Source: a virus
Virus genome (UHGV): UHGV-0144131
Strand: one strand, 5' to 3'
DNA length: 39,499 nucleotides
Shown: one piece after another, positions 29,933 through 39,317 of the stretch
How the letters are laid out: every line of letters starts with the position of its first letter
How positions within the stretch are numbered: the stretch's first letter is position 1
The notes under the pieces: generated by a model
What the model was told of the DNA's origin: nothing
The model's input: only the letters and a program-made list of their open reading frames with translations
Database searches by the model: none
Translations under genes and position numbers: made by a program

Positions 29933-30120
29933 CGTTTAACAGCCTGCCGGACGGGCTGTCCTACCTTCTCAATCCGGTTGACGCCGGGTTAATTCCTTAT
30001 ACAGCACTTAAAGATGGCTCTGTCGATTTGTACGACATTGCTCTCTTGAATGACCATCTGGCGGTAAAAGCGGATAACCAGCGGCGCATTGAGAAATGGA
30101 GAGAGGATAATGAACGCTGA
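29878..30120 (+). other. Programmed -1 frameshift site and extension ORF (GT-like product)
   Basis: Canonical heptamer A_AAT_TTT at 29878..29884 in frame 0; the -1 frame is open from there to a TGA at 30118..30120 (hand-translated, no stops), overlapping the tape-measure start. Confidence 0.6.
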
Positions 30121-32098
30121 AACTATTAAAGATTTCCTCGTCTCGCTTGGCTTCAGTGTGGATGATGCAGGAGCGAAAAAGTTCGGTTCTGTCCTCGCCG
30201 GTACAACTGCAAATGTCATCAAAATGGGGCTGGCCGTCGAAGGAACTGCACTGTCCGTGGTGGCCTTCACGGCTAAGATCGCCTCCGGTCTGGATAATCT
30301 TTACTGGGCGTCACAGCGCACCGGCGCGACGGTCCATGGAATTCAGTCTATTGGCTATGCGGTTTCGCAGGTTGGCGGCAGTGCAGACGCTGCGCGCTCT
30401 TCTCTGGAAAGCCTCTCCCGGTTTATTCGTAACAATCCCGGTGCAGAGGGATTTCTGAATCGCCTGGGGGTACAGACACGGGATGCCAGCGGTAACATGC
30501 GTGACATGGCCTCTATTTTTACAGGTGTAGGCCAGAAGCTCAGCGGCATGCCGTATTACCGGGCTAACCAGTATGCGCAGATGCTGGGCATTGACGAAAA
30601 TACCCTTATGGCGATGCGCCGGGGTGTGGGTGGCTTCTCCGGGCAGTACAGCGCAATGGCGAAAGCTATCGGCTTCAATGCTGACGAGGCGGCCAGAAGC
30701 TCCAACAAATTTATGACCTCCCTGCGCGAGTTCGGCGCGATGGCAGGCATGGCCCGTGACAAAATCGGCTCTAATCTTGCTGGTGGTCTGGCGGGTTCGC
30801 TGGACACACTGCGCCGCCACATCCTCGATAACTTCCCGCGCATCGAGCAGACCCTGACGAAAGCCATAAAAGGCATTCTGGCGCTCGGAGACATCATCGG
30901 GCGGCTGTTCTTCAGGCTAATTGAGGGAACATCCAGCCTTATCACCTGGTGGCAATCGCTGGATAAGCAAACGCGGGAGCTCATCTCGCTGTTTGGCGCG
31001 CTGACGATTGCGCTGCGCATTCTGAACAGTACGTTCTGGATGTCGCCGATTGGCCTCATTACCGCGCTGGCGGCGGGGATTGCCCTTCTGTGGGAGGACT
31101 ATCAGACCTGGAAGGAAGGCGGCGATAGCCTGATTGACTGGGGCAAGTGGAAGCCGGAGGTCGATGCCGCGCTGAAGATGGTTCGTGACCTGAAAGGGTC
31201 TGTTAATGAACTGGTGAAAGCGCTGGCGAAACTGCTCAATATTGACCCCAAATCATGGTCCCTGAAGTGGGATTTCAGCAACTTCATCGACCAGATGGGC
31301 GAATTCAGCAAAATGCTGAACATGATCGCCGACCTGCTCAACGCTATCAAAGATGGCCGCTGGGCTGATGCCGTCAGCATCGGCAAACAGATACTTAATC
31401 AGGGCAGCGAAAATCCGTCAGCGATGCCGATGGTTACAGACAGCGCTAACAGTACTGCCGACTGGATTAAAGAGCACTGGGGATTCGATCCCCGCAGTGT
31501 GGGCCGGACGGTACGCGGCTGGTTTGGTGATGATGAGCCGGAACAATATGCACAGGCTACGAAACGAGGAGAACGGAATAACAATCCGGGAAACCTTAAT
31601 TTTGCTGGTCAGGCAGGGGCTTCTCTTGAACGCCCGGGCGGGCGATTTGCCAGATTTGAAACTGCTTTTGATGGATTACGGGCTCTTGCTCGTCAGTTAA
31701 TGCTGTACGCCGGACGGGGAATAAACAGTGTGGAGAAAATTATCTCTACCTGGGCACCTGCGTCTGATAATAACAACACAACTGCGTATATCAGGGCTGT
31801 ATCGCAACGACTGGGAGTGGATCCCCGGGCTGCCCTGAATATGAGCGATCCGCAAACCATGTCAGCATTGATGAGCAGCATTATCCAGCATGAGAATGGA
31901 AGAAATATCTATTCTCGAGAGCTGATTAATAAGGCTGCCGTGGCGGGAATTAGTGGCAAAATGACAGAGGTTAACCAGCAAAATACCTACCACATTTACG
32001 GTGGTGGAGATCCGCACGCTGTCGGTAATGAGGTTGCACGTCGGCAACAGTCTGCAAATGCTCAGGTCATGCGAAGTAATCAGGTGAGGGTGGGTTAG
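30110..32098 (+). CDS. Tail tape measure protein
   Basis: About 660 aa, helical, Ala/Gly-rich. Start at ATG 30110 with GGAGAGAGG RBS; the longest ORF starts with TTG at 30089. Confidence 0.7.
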   Translation: MNAETIKDFLVSLGFSVDDAGAKKFGSVLAGTTANVIKMGLAVEGTALSVVAFTAKIASGLDNLYWASQRTGATVHGIQSIGYAVSQVGGSADAARSSLESLSRFIRNNPGAEGFLNRLGVQTRDASGNMRDMASIFTGVGQKLSGMPYYRANQYAQMLGIDENTLMAMRRGVGGFSGQYSAMAKAIGFNADEAARSSNKFMTSLREFGAMAGMARDKIGSNLAGGLAGSLDTLRRHILDNFPRIEQTLTKAIKGILALGDIIGRLFFRLIEGTSSLITWWQSLDKQTRELISLFGALTIALRILNSTFWMSPIGLITALAAGIALLWEDYQTWKEGGDSLIDWGKWKPEVDAALKMVRDLKGSVNELVKALAKLLNIDPKSWSLKWDFSNFIDQMGEFSKMLNMIADLLNAIKDGRWADAVSIGKQILNQGSENPSAMPMVTDSANSTADWIKEHWGFDPRSVGRTVRGWFGDDEPEQYAQATKRGERNNNPGNLNFAGQAGASLERPGGRFARFETAFDGLRALARQLMLYAGRGINSVEKIISTWAPASDNNNTTAYIRAVSQRLGVDPRAALNMSDPQTMSALMSSIIQHENGRNIYSRELINKAAVAGISGKMTEVNQQNTYHIYGGGDPHAVGNEVARRQQSANAQVMRSNQVRVG

Positions 32099-32685
32099 TG
32101 GATATTCTCTCTACACTTTTTCATCAGCAGAGCAGAAAAATAGGAATGATTGTTCCCAGTGTTGTTATTTCAGAGAAGCATACAGATATGCTTGAAATAA
32201 CAGAGCATCCGGTAGAGGTTGGGGCCGCTGTCGCTGATCATGCCTATAAAAAACCGTCAGAAGTGGTGATGGAGGTTGGTTTCGCCGGTGGCGGCGCATT
32301 GCTGGATTTTGCCAGTAATCTGACGGCTACCAGCCTGCTCGGCCTGAGTCCTCAGCAGACGTATCAGGAGCTACTGGATCTGCAGGAAAGCCGTATCCCC
32401 TTCGATGTGGTAACCGGTAAACGACTGTACAGCAACATGTTGATCCGGGCGCTGGAAGTGACGACGGACAAGACAACCGAAAACGTCCTGTCCGCCGTCC
32501 TCACCCTGAGGGAGGTCCTTATCTCCCGGACGCAGCAGATTACCGTCGCGGATAAAACCAACATGAAGGAAGGGGCCAGCACGTCGGCGGTACAGAACAG
32601 CGGCAACAAAACCACCAAGCCTCCAGATACTTCACTGCTGAAAAGCATCACGGGTAACGTGGCGTCATTACTGGGGGGCGGCTAA
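32098..32685 (+). CDS. Putative tail/baseplate assembly protein
   Basis: 195 aa, GTG start overlapping the tape-measure stop. Confidence 0.5.
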   Translation: MDILSTLFHQQSRKIGMIVPSVVISEKHTDMLEITEHPVEVGAAVADHAYKKPSEVVMEVGFAGGGALLDFASNLTATSLLGLSPQQTYQELLDLQESRIPFDVVTGKRLYSNMLIRALEVTTDKTTENVLSAVLTLREVLISRTQQITVADKTNMKEGASTSAVQNSGNKTTKPPDTSLLKSITGNVASLLGGG

Positions 32686-32987
32686 TGACAATTCAGGAAA
32701 TTCCGCTGACAGCGGACAACCAGCAGTTCAGCATCGTCCTGGGTGGTGTCACCTGGCGGATTAGCATCATATGGCGCGATCTGTACTGGATTATGGACCT
32801 GCAGAACGACAGAGGGGAGCCGGTAATCTCCGGTATTCCTCTCGTCACTGGTGCTGACCTGCTGGCGCAGTACGCCTGTATGGGACTTGGTTTTAAGCTG
32901 GTGGTGGTCTGCGATGACAACACACAGGATTATCCCACGAAAACTGATCTGGGCGGCCTCAGTCATTTACTGGTATCAACGGAGTAA
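32685..32987 (+). CDS. Hypothetical tail protein
   Basis: 100-aa ORF with 1-nt overlap to the upstream gene. Confidence 0.5.
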   Translation: MTIQEIPLTADNQQFSIVLGGVTWRISIIWRDLYWIMDLQNDRGEPVISGIPLVTGADLLAQYACMGLGFKLVVVCDDNTQDYPTKTDLGGLSHLLVSTE

Positions 32988-32989
32988 GC

Positions 32990-34057
32990 ATGTCACAGAA
33001 CTGGATGAGACATTTCGAGCTGCAGCTTGTGGACGGGAACGGTCAGGGAATTGAGCTAAGTGATTTCAAAGTCACCTTTACGATCGACTGGTTCAACATC
33101 AGCAGCGCGTCCCGGGTAGGGACTATCAAAATTTATAACCTCTCGGCAGATACTGTGAACCGAATCACCGGGCAGGAATTTTCGAAAGTGCGTCTGATTG
33201 CCGGTTACGACGGTATCGCGCCGGAGGTGTCAGCAAGCGACGTAGGGACCGTGCGGGAAGTTGACGCGGCGGACGTGGGCCAGAGAGATGGCCGCAACTA
33301 CGGACTGATTTTCAGCGGTGAAATTCGCTACTCGGTCACAGGAAAAGACAGTCCGGTTGATTCCTACGTCCTGATTCAGGCAGCAGATACTGATCTGGCT
33401 TTTGCCACCAGTATAACCTCACAGACGCTGGCTGCCGGTTACACGGTCGCTGATGTGAACCGTGCGCTGATGAAAGACTTCGAAGCCAAAGGTGCGACCG
33501 AAGGCCTGACGCCTGAAATGCCTGCTACTGTATTCCCCCGGGGGCGGGTGCTCTTTGGCATGACGCGGCATCTAATGGATAACGTAGCCGGGCAATGTGG
33601 CGCAACATGGCAATTCGTGGATGGTCAGCGCCAGATGGTGGTGAATAATGAATATGTTCACGAAGCGATTGTGCTCAACAGCGCTACCGGGCTTATTGGC
33701 ATGCCGCAGCAGACCATCGGCAACGGCGTAAACGTCCGCGCGCTTATTAATCCGAACATCCGGGTTAATGGGCTCATTCAACTGGATCAGGCTTCCGTAT
33801 ATCGCACCGCGTTGTCGAACAACGATATCGCTATGGCTGGTGGGCAGATCACCGACCAGAACACGGACGGAAATATTACGCTAAGCGGCACCATATCGCA
33901 GCCTGCCAGCATCGCAACGGATGGCGTTTATATTGTGCGCGGGATTATGTACACTGGCGACACAAGGGGCCAGGCGTGGTACATGGATATGATGTGCGAA
34001 GCGCGCGGTGCGGCGGATCTTCGTTCGGCGTCGTCTTTACAGCGTGAGGTAGGATAG
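32990..34057 (+). CDS. Putative baseplate hub protein
   Basis: 355 aa between tape measure and baseplate V/W/J; assigned by position and size. Confidence 0.45.
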   Translation: MSQNWMRHFELQLVDGNGQGIELSDFKVTFTIDWFNISSASRVGTIKIYNLSADTVNRITGQEFSKVRLIAGYDGIAPEVSASDVGTVREVDAADVGQRDGRNYGLIFSGEIRYSVTGKDSPVDSYVLIQAADTDLAFATSITSQTLAAGYTVADVNRALMKDFEAKGATEGLTPEMPATVFPRGRVLFGMTRHLMDNVAGQCGATWQFVDGQRQMVVNNEYVHEAIVLNSATGLIGMPQQTIGNGVNVRALINPNIRVNGLIQLDQASVYRTALSNNDIAMAGGQITDQNTDGNITLSGTISQPASIATDGVYIVRGIMYTGDTRGQAWYMDMMCEARGAADLRSASSLQREVG

Positions 34058-34410
34058 TGAAAAAGTGGATTGTTATTGGACTCTGTTTCCTTCCGGGGTT
34101 CGCATTTGCTGCGAATCCTGGCGGTGTCACGCTTCAGTGTGGTGGCTACAAATTAGAGTTGATTCCTGATTCATTGTTCAGGATTAATGGTGAGACAGTT
34201 ACCTCCCAGAAAATCAAAACGCTCGGCAACGGTAATGGAATGAAGGCGGATATGGGGCTTATGCCAGCCAAAGACGGTAACAATTACGGTTTCGAGTTCA
34301 TTCGCCGTCCGGGTACCGAAACGCGTTTCTTGAATGTCCAACTACTGCAGAACAGCATGGATGCGCCGAGAATCATAGGTTCGTTTCCTTGTAAGAAGGT
34401 TGACGATTAA
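34057..34410 (+). CDS. Small secreted (periplasmic) protein, accessory gene in the tail module
   Basis: 117 aa with a signal peptide (MKKWIVIGLCFLPGFAFA, AxA cleavage motif); GTG start; no resemblance to tail components. Confidence 0.5.
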   Translation: MKKWIVIGLCFLPGFAFAANPGGVTLQCGGYKLELIPDSLFRINGETVTSQKIKTLGNGNGMKADMGLMPAKDGNNYGFEFIRRPGTETRFLNVQLLQNSMDAPRIIGSFPCKKVDD

Positions 34411-34416
34411 TACAAT

Positions 34417-34947
34417 ATGTGCAATCAAAGGAATGAGGCTGTTGGCCTTGAAGTAGATACGATTTTGTCGTACTCGAGAGACAGGTATGAAGAAGTTAAG
34501 ACAACATACAGGCGGTTAGAGGACAAAGCTAATTTTCTTCTTGCTGTGCTTGGTGTTGAGATTTCTGCATTATTAGCCGTTTTTGGGTCCTTTGAGCTGG
34601 GACAACAGTTAAAGACTAGTCTATCCGCAAGATTGTCTCTATTGTGTCTATGTTCATGTTTTGTATGTTTGGTTTTTTGTTTTTATTATTTATGGAAATG
34701 TTGGGAACTTAGAAATATTCCCAAAATGCCTGTGCATCGAACACCTGAACAACATGAATTTCTTCTGAGGGGTAGTAGAGATGACACAGTCAGATTTCAT
34801 TTGATAATGTATGGTAGGGCTATTGATAGAATCGAGAAAATCCATAAAGAAAAATCAGCGTTTGTAAATGAGTTGTTTCGATGGATGGTTATGTCATTTG
34901 TATTTTTTATTATTTCTGTAACGTGCATGTTAATAAGTAAGGTTTGA
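34417..34947 (+). CDS. AT-rich two-helix membrane protein, accessory gene in the tail module
   Basis: 176 aa with hydrophobic helices (FLLAVLGVEISALLAVFG, LSLLCLCSCFVCLVFCFYYLW, WMVMSFVFFIISVTCMLI) and a charged N-terminal helix; visibly lower G+C than the flanking tail genes. Confidence 0.6.
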   Translation: MCNQRNEAVGLEVDTILSYSRDRYEEVKTTYRRLEDKANFLLAVLGVEISALLAVFGSFELGQQLKTSLSARLSLLCLCSCFVCLVFCFYYLWKCWELRNIPKMPVHRTPEQHEFLLRGSRDDTVRFHLIMYGRAIDRIEKIHKEKSAFVNELFRWMVMSFVFFIISVTCMLISKV

Positions 34948-34949
34948 AT

Positions 34950-35123
34950 ATGTCCTGTCCAGAAGACCAAAATGAACCACAACCTAAACCAAGTGAGCCT
35001 GAGGTCTCTTTCCTAGATAACTATGAGCAAGAGATTATGGCTAGAGTACCTTTCGGGGATATCGAAATTATGACGGAAAGCTATCACGACAAGCCTTCAA
35101 CTTTTCCCAAGAAAGATAGTTAG
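34950..35123 (+). CDS. Small acidic hypothetical protein
   Basis: 57-codon hand-translated ORF (MSCPEDQNEPQPKPSEPEVSFLDNYEQEIMARVPFGDIEIMTESYHDKPSTFPKKDS) starting 3 nt after the membrane-protein stop. Confidence 0.3.
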   Translation: MSCPEDQNEPQPKPSEPEVSFLDNYEQEIMARVPFGDIEIMTESYHDKPSTFPKKDS

Positions 35124-35143
35124 TGAAGTTCTTATAAATCAAA

Positions 35144-35166
35144 CCCGCCACCAGGCGGGTTTTTTG
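35144..35166 (+). terminator. Rho-independent terminator closing the accessory cassette
   Basis: CCCGCC-ACCA-GGCGGG followed by six T. Confidence 0.7.
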
Positions 35167-35184
35167 CTTTCTGGAGCCTACTAA

Positions 35185-35937
35185 ATGGCCGTATCTGACC
35201 AGACCCGCAGCGGCGACCTTGCCGAAACATTCAAATCTGAACGGGAAACAACAAAGAACCAGATCCGTGTCGCCTTGCCTGGCATTATTCAGTCATTCGA
35301 TCCTGATGCGGTGACGGCAGTTGTGCAGCCTGCTATCCGTTCGGTTGAAAAGGATAATGACGGCAACCGCATTACCCAAAATTACCCGCTGTTGGTGGAT
35401 GTGCCGGTGATATTTCCGCGCGGCGGCGGCTGCACGTTAACTTTCCCGGTGGAAGCCGGCGATGAATGCCTGGTGATTTTTGCCGATCGCTGCATCGATT
35501 TCTGGTGGCAGAACGGCGGGATACAGGAGCCGGTTGATGACAGAATGCATGATTTATCGGATGCGTTTTGTATTGTCGGTCCCCAGTCGCAGGCAAGGAA
35601 GATTAGCGGTATTAATACCAGTGCCACACAGTTGCGTAGTGACGATGGCAGCACCTATTTTGAGCTTAATCCTGATACCGGGAAAATTAAAATTGTCGCT
35701 CCGGGTGGTCTTGATGTGGTTACCCCTCTGGCTGATTTTTCTGAGAAAGTAACCATTCATGGCCTGTTAACCTGGTTGGGGGGCATGGTGGGGTCTGTGG
35801 TTTCTGGTGTGGCTTCAAAAATCACTGGTGCTGTTGAGTTTTTGGGGAGCGTGAAGGCTAACGGCAAGCCAATCGATGATACGCACACTCATGGTGGTGT
35901 TCAGCGCGGCGGAAGCAATACTGATGGGGTAAACTGA
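35185..35937 (+). CDS. Baseplate assembly protein V (spike/hub, gpV-like)
   Basis: 250 aa with a Gly-rich C-terminus (HTHGGVQRGGSNT) typical of gpV-like proteins. Confidence 0.7.
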   Translation: MAVSDQTRSGDLAETFKSERETTKNQIRVALPGIIQSFDPDAVTAVVQPAIRSVEKDNDGNRITQNYPLLVDVPVIFPRGGGCTLTFPVEAGDECLVIFADRCIDFWWQNGGIQEPVDDRMHDLSDAFCIVGPQSQARKISGINTSATQLRSDDGSTYFELNPDTGKIKIVAPGGLDVVTPLADFSEKVTIHGLLTWLGGMVGSVVSGVASKITGAVEFLGSVKANGKPIDDTHTHGGVQRGGSNTDGVN

Positions 35938-36290
35938 TGCGATACAGACGTGAAGACGCCGATGGCGATTACACCTTTGGCAGCGGTGATGACACCTGGC
36001 TGATTAACTCGCCTGAGGCCGTAGCACAGGCTGTGAAAACGCGATTCGAATTGTGGTATGGGCAATGGTTTCTCGACACCACCGAAGGGACTCCGTGGAT
36101 CCAGTCTGTGCTCGGTAAGCAGAAGCCGGAAACCTACAACCTGGCGATCCGTAAGCGCATCCTCGAAACGCGGGGCGTTAAATCAATCCTCTCTTTCAAT
36201 ACGACAGTGGATACCACGACCCGACGTGTCATGTTTTCCGCTGAAATCGACACTCTTTATGGAATAACGACTGTTACATCGGAGGCGTAA
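35937..36290 (+). CDS. Baseplate protein W (gp25-like)
   Basis: 117 aa, the size and position of GPW/gp25-family wedge proteins; TGATG-coupled to V. Confidence 0.75.
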   Translation: MRYRREDADGDYTFGSGDDTWLINSPEAVAQAVKTRFELWYGQWFLDTTEGTPWIQSVLGKQKPETYNLAIRKRILETRGVKSILSFNTTVDTTTRRVMFSAEIDTLYGITTVTSEA

Positions 36291-37489
36291 TGGCTCTGAA
36301 CCTTGATTCTCTCGGTTTATCTGCAAAGGTAACCGCGGAGGGGATCAGTGCGCCTGATTATCAGACGATACTCAGCACCCTGATTAGCTATTTTCAGCAG
36401 ATTTATGGTAGTGATGCCTACCTCGAACCGGATAGTAAAGACGGCCAGATGGTGGCTCTGATGGCGCTGGCGATTCATGATGCCAATAATACTGCGATAA
36501 CTGTCTACAACTGTTTTTCACCGGCAACCGGCTATGGGGCCGCACTGACCAGTAACGTGAAAATAAATGGTATTTCACGTAAAGGCGCGACGAATTCTAC
36601 GGTTGATTTGCTTCTTACAGGAACTGCCGGAACAACCATCATTAATGGCAGCGTGAAAGACAGTAATAATGTGATATGGCGTTTGCCTGCTTCAGTGGTG
36701 GTCGGCGTGGATGGTACAGTGATGGTGACCGCAACATGTTCCGTCAGTGGTGCAGTGGCGGCGCTGGCTGGAACTATCACTGAAATTAATACGCCAACCC
36801 GTGGCTGGGTTTCGGTAACTAATCCTGCTGCGGCTACTGTAGGCACTCCGGCAGAAACTGACGCTGAGTTACGTATCCGCCAGTCGCAAAGTGTTGCGTT
36901 GCCATCAATAACCCCATTTGAAGCACTGGATGGTGCTGTTTCTAATGTTACCGGTGTAACCCGCCACAAACTCTATGAAAACGATAATGGTTCGGAGGAC
37001 GGTAACGGGTTACCGCCACACTCTGTTGCTGTAATTGTGGATGGCGGTGATGTGACGGATATTGCTCAGGCTATCAGAGGGAATAAAGGCCAGGGAACAG
37101 CCACTCACGGTACAACATCCGTTACGGTTCCGGATAAATACGGCAATCCCCATGTAATCAAATTTTCGCGTTCCAGTGATGTGCCTGTTTATGCCCGGAT
37201 TAAATTAAAAGTTTTTACGGGTTATACCTCACAGATAGGGCAGCAGATCCAGCAGGCTATTTCCGACTATATCAATAGTCTGATGATTGGTGATTCGGTC
37301 CTTTTAAGTCGCATTTACTCACCGGCGAATCTTGGCGTGGTGAGTGGCGGGAATGCACGCTATTACGATATTCAGGAACTGACGATTGGGAAATCCCCGG
37401 GGGCTTTGTCGTCATCAAACATTGATATCAGATACAACGAATCTGCGTCCTGTACCCCGGAAAATATCGTTATAACGGTGGAGTCATGA
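36290..37489 (+). CDS. Baseplate J-like protein
   Basis: 399 aa following W; TAATG-coupled. Confidence 0.75.
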   Translation: MALNLDSLGLSAKVTAEGISAPDYQTILSTLISYFQQIYGSDAYLEPDSKDGQMVALMALAIHDANNTAITVYNCFSPATGYGAALTSNVKINGISRKGATNSTVDLLLTGTAGTTIINGSVKDSNNVIWRLPASVVVGVDGTVMVTATCSVSGAVAALAGTITEINTPTRGWVSVTNPAAATVGTPAETDAELRIRQSQSVALPSITPFEALDGAVSNVTGVTRHKLYENDNGSEDGNGLPPHSVAVIVDGGDVTDIAQAIRGNKGQGTATHGTTSVTVPDKYGNPHVIKFSRSSDVPVYARIKLKVFTGYTSQIGQQIQQAISDYINSLMIGDSVLLSRIYSPANLGVVSGGNARYYDIQELTIGKSPGALSSSNIDIRYNESASCTPENIVITVES

Positions 37490-38166
37490 GCAAATACACC
37501 GAACTAATCACGAACTACCACGCCACCAAACCTAAATTTCTTGCACATGTTGATCTGATGACCCGGCCGCTTATTGATGTTGCGGCTGCCACCAGAGGGC
37601 TGATTACTGCATTTGATATTGACTCTGCGGTTGGTGTGCAACTTGACATTCTGGGATTGTGGATCGGACGTAGCCGTGTTGTCAGCCAGCCTATTTCAGG
37701 TGTCTATTTCAGCTGGGATACCGACGGGCTTGGATATGATCAGGGTGTATGGCAGGGGCCATACGATCCTGATTCCGGATACATGTACCTCAGCGATGAA
37801 ACTTATCGTGTCATCCTTAAAGCGAAGATTGCGATTAATAACTGGGACGGACGGAATGATTCGCTTCCGGCAATTCTTGACGCGGCAACAGCAGGATCCG
37901 GACTGCGAATGCAGATAGTCGATAACCAGGACATGACGATATCGGTCTGGGTCTTTCCTGATACTGATATTTCAGATGTATCGCGTGAGTTAATTGCGGC
38001 AATTAAACAGGGGTATCTCACAGTAAAAGCCGCCGGGGTATGGGCGGGTGGCATTGAAACACCTTCGGTGGAAACCCCATCGGAAGGCTCAAAATTTTTT
38101 GGTTTTGATATGGATAACGAATTCATCAGTGGTTTTGATGTAGGAGCATGGGGAGTATTACTCTGA
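37486..38166 (+). CDS. Tail protein I-like (DUF2612-like)
   Basis: 226 aa following J, as in the P2/Mu-type order V-W-J-I-fibre. Confidence 0.6.
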   Translation: MSKYTELITNYHATKPKFLAHVDLMTRPLIDVAAATRGLITAFDIDSAVGVQLDILGLWIGRSRVVSQPISGVYFSWDTDGLGYDQGVWQGPYDPDSGYMYLSDETYRVILKAKIAINNWDGRNDSLPAILDAATAGSGLRMQIVDNQDMTISVWVFPDTDISDVSRELIAAIKQGYLTVKAAGVWAGGIETPSVETPSEGSKFFGFDMDNEFISGFDVGAWGVLL

Positions 38167-38855
38167 TGGCGAAAAATGACTTTAAAGCGTTTGCAACGGA
38201 TCGAAATGCCAATGTTATATCGCAGGAGGAATGGGAAGCGTTGCCCGCGCTTTTATCTGGATTTACAGCAGGGAAAGCCTCCAGTGCGCAAGTCAATAAG
38301 GTTATTCGGCAGGCCAGCTTTATTGCTGCAGCTCTGGCCCAGTTTGTAAGTGATAAAACGCAACGGGATGTGCTTGATAATGGTGATCTGCCCGGTTTTG
38401 TTGAATTGCTGGGATCGGGGTTTGCTGTTGAATACCTGAGCCGCAAGAATCCGTTTGGCGATATCAAATCGGATGGCACGGTGAAAACGGCTCTCGAAAA
38501 CCTTGGTTTGGGAGAAGCGGCTAAAAGGAATGTAGGGACAGGGGCGAATCAGATACCTGATATGGGTAGCTTCACGCTTTCTGTTTCAGGTACTGGATAT
38601 CAAAAATTACCATCAGGTTTTATTCTTCAGTGGGGCTCAATCGGCGCACCAGGCATTGCACAGGATGTAGTAACCCATTTCCCGATTGCATTTCCAAACA
38701 GATGTCTGCGTGTTTTGGTCTCACAAGACTACACACCAGATAGCGGGGCTGTTGGTTATATTGCCTGTGCAGGTTTTAGTCCCGACCCAGTTAAATTTAT
38801 ATCCAGAGCCAGTACTCCTGGCCTCGGCGCTTCATTTTTAGCGTTAGGCTGTTAA
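38166..38855 (+). CDS. Tail fibre protein containing an invertase crossover site
   Basis: Start at [12 protein letters not shown] (38166, TGATG-coupled; longest ORF from 38148). Contains the hix/gix-like site at 38491..38516 and is followed by a tail-fibre-assembly gene. Confidence 0.7.
   Translation: MAKNDFKAFATDRNANVISQEEWEALPALLSGFTAGKASSAQVNKVIRQASFIAAALAQFVSDKTQRDVLDNGDLPGFVELLGSGFAVEYLSRKNPFGDIKSDGTVKTALENLGLGEAAKRNVGTGANQIPDMGSFTLSVSGTGYQKLPSGFILQWGSIGAPGIAQDVVTHFPIAFPNRCLRVLVSQDYTPDSGAVGYIACAGFSPDPVKFISRASTPGLGASFLALGC
38491..38516. promoter_or_regulatory. Hin/Gin/Cin/Pin-family DNA invertase crossover site
   Basis: CTCTCGAAAACC-TT-GGTTTGGGAGAA: 12-2-12 imperfect palindrome; its reverse complement matches hixL as I recall it (TTCTTGAAAACCAAGGTTTTTGATAA) at 20 of 26 positions. 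Confidence 0.55.
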
Positions 38856-38876
38856 TTTAGCTATATGGAGTGAAAA

Positions 38877-39317
38877 ATGAATTACATATATTCCGCGACT
38901 ACAAACTCTTTCTATCCGCTGGAGATGAAAGAGGATTACACTCAAGCTGACTCATGGCCAGATGATGCTGTTGAAGTTGATGAGCAAGTGTATATTGAGT
39001 TTTCCGGATTACCGCCGAAAGGAAAAATCCGTATCGCTGGAGAAAATGGTTTTCCTGCATGGTCTGAAATTCCACCACCAACACATGAGGAACAGATTGC
39101 TGCAGCCGAACTGGAAAAGCAGCAACTGATTAATCAGGCCAACGATTATATGAACAGTAAACAATGGCCTGGTAAAGCGGCTATTGGTCGTCTGAAAGGT
39201 GAGGAACTGGCGCAATATAATTTGTGGCTGGATTATCTGGACGCACTGGAACTGGTCGATACTTCCGGTGCGCCAGATATTGAATGGCCTACGCCTCCGG
39301 CAGTTCAGGCCAGATGA
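38877..39317 (+). CDS. Tail fibre assembly protein (Tfa)
   Basis: 146 aa starting MNYIYSATTNSFYP and ending ...DTSGAPDIEWPTPPAV, both typical of enterobacterial Tfa chaperones. Confidence 0.8.
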   Translation: MNYIYSATTNSFYPLEMKEDYTQADSWPDDAVEVDEQVYIEFSGLPPKGKIRIAGENGFPAWSEIPPPTHEEQIAAAELEKQQLINQANDYMNSKQWPGKAAIGRLKGEELAQYNLWLDYLDALELVDTSGAPDIEWPTPPAVQAR

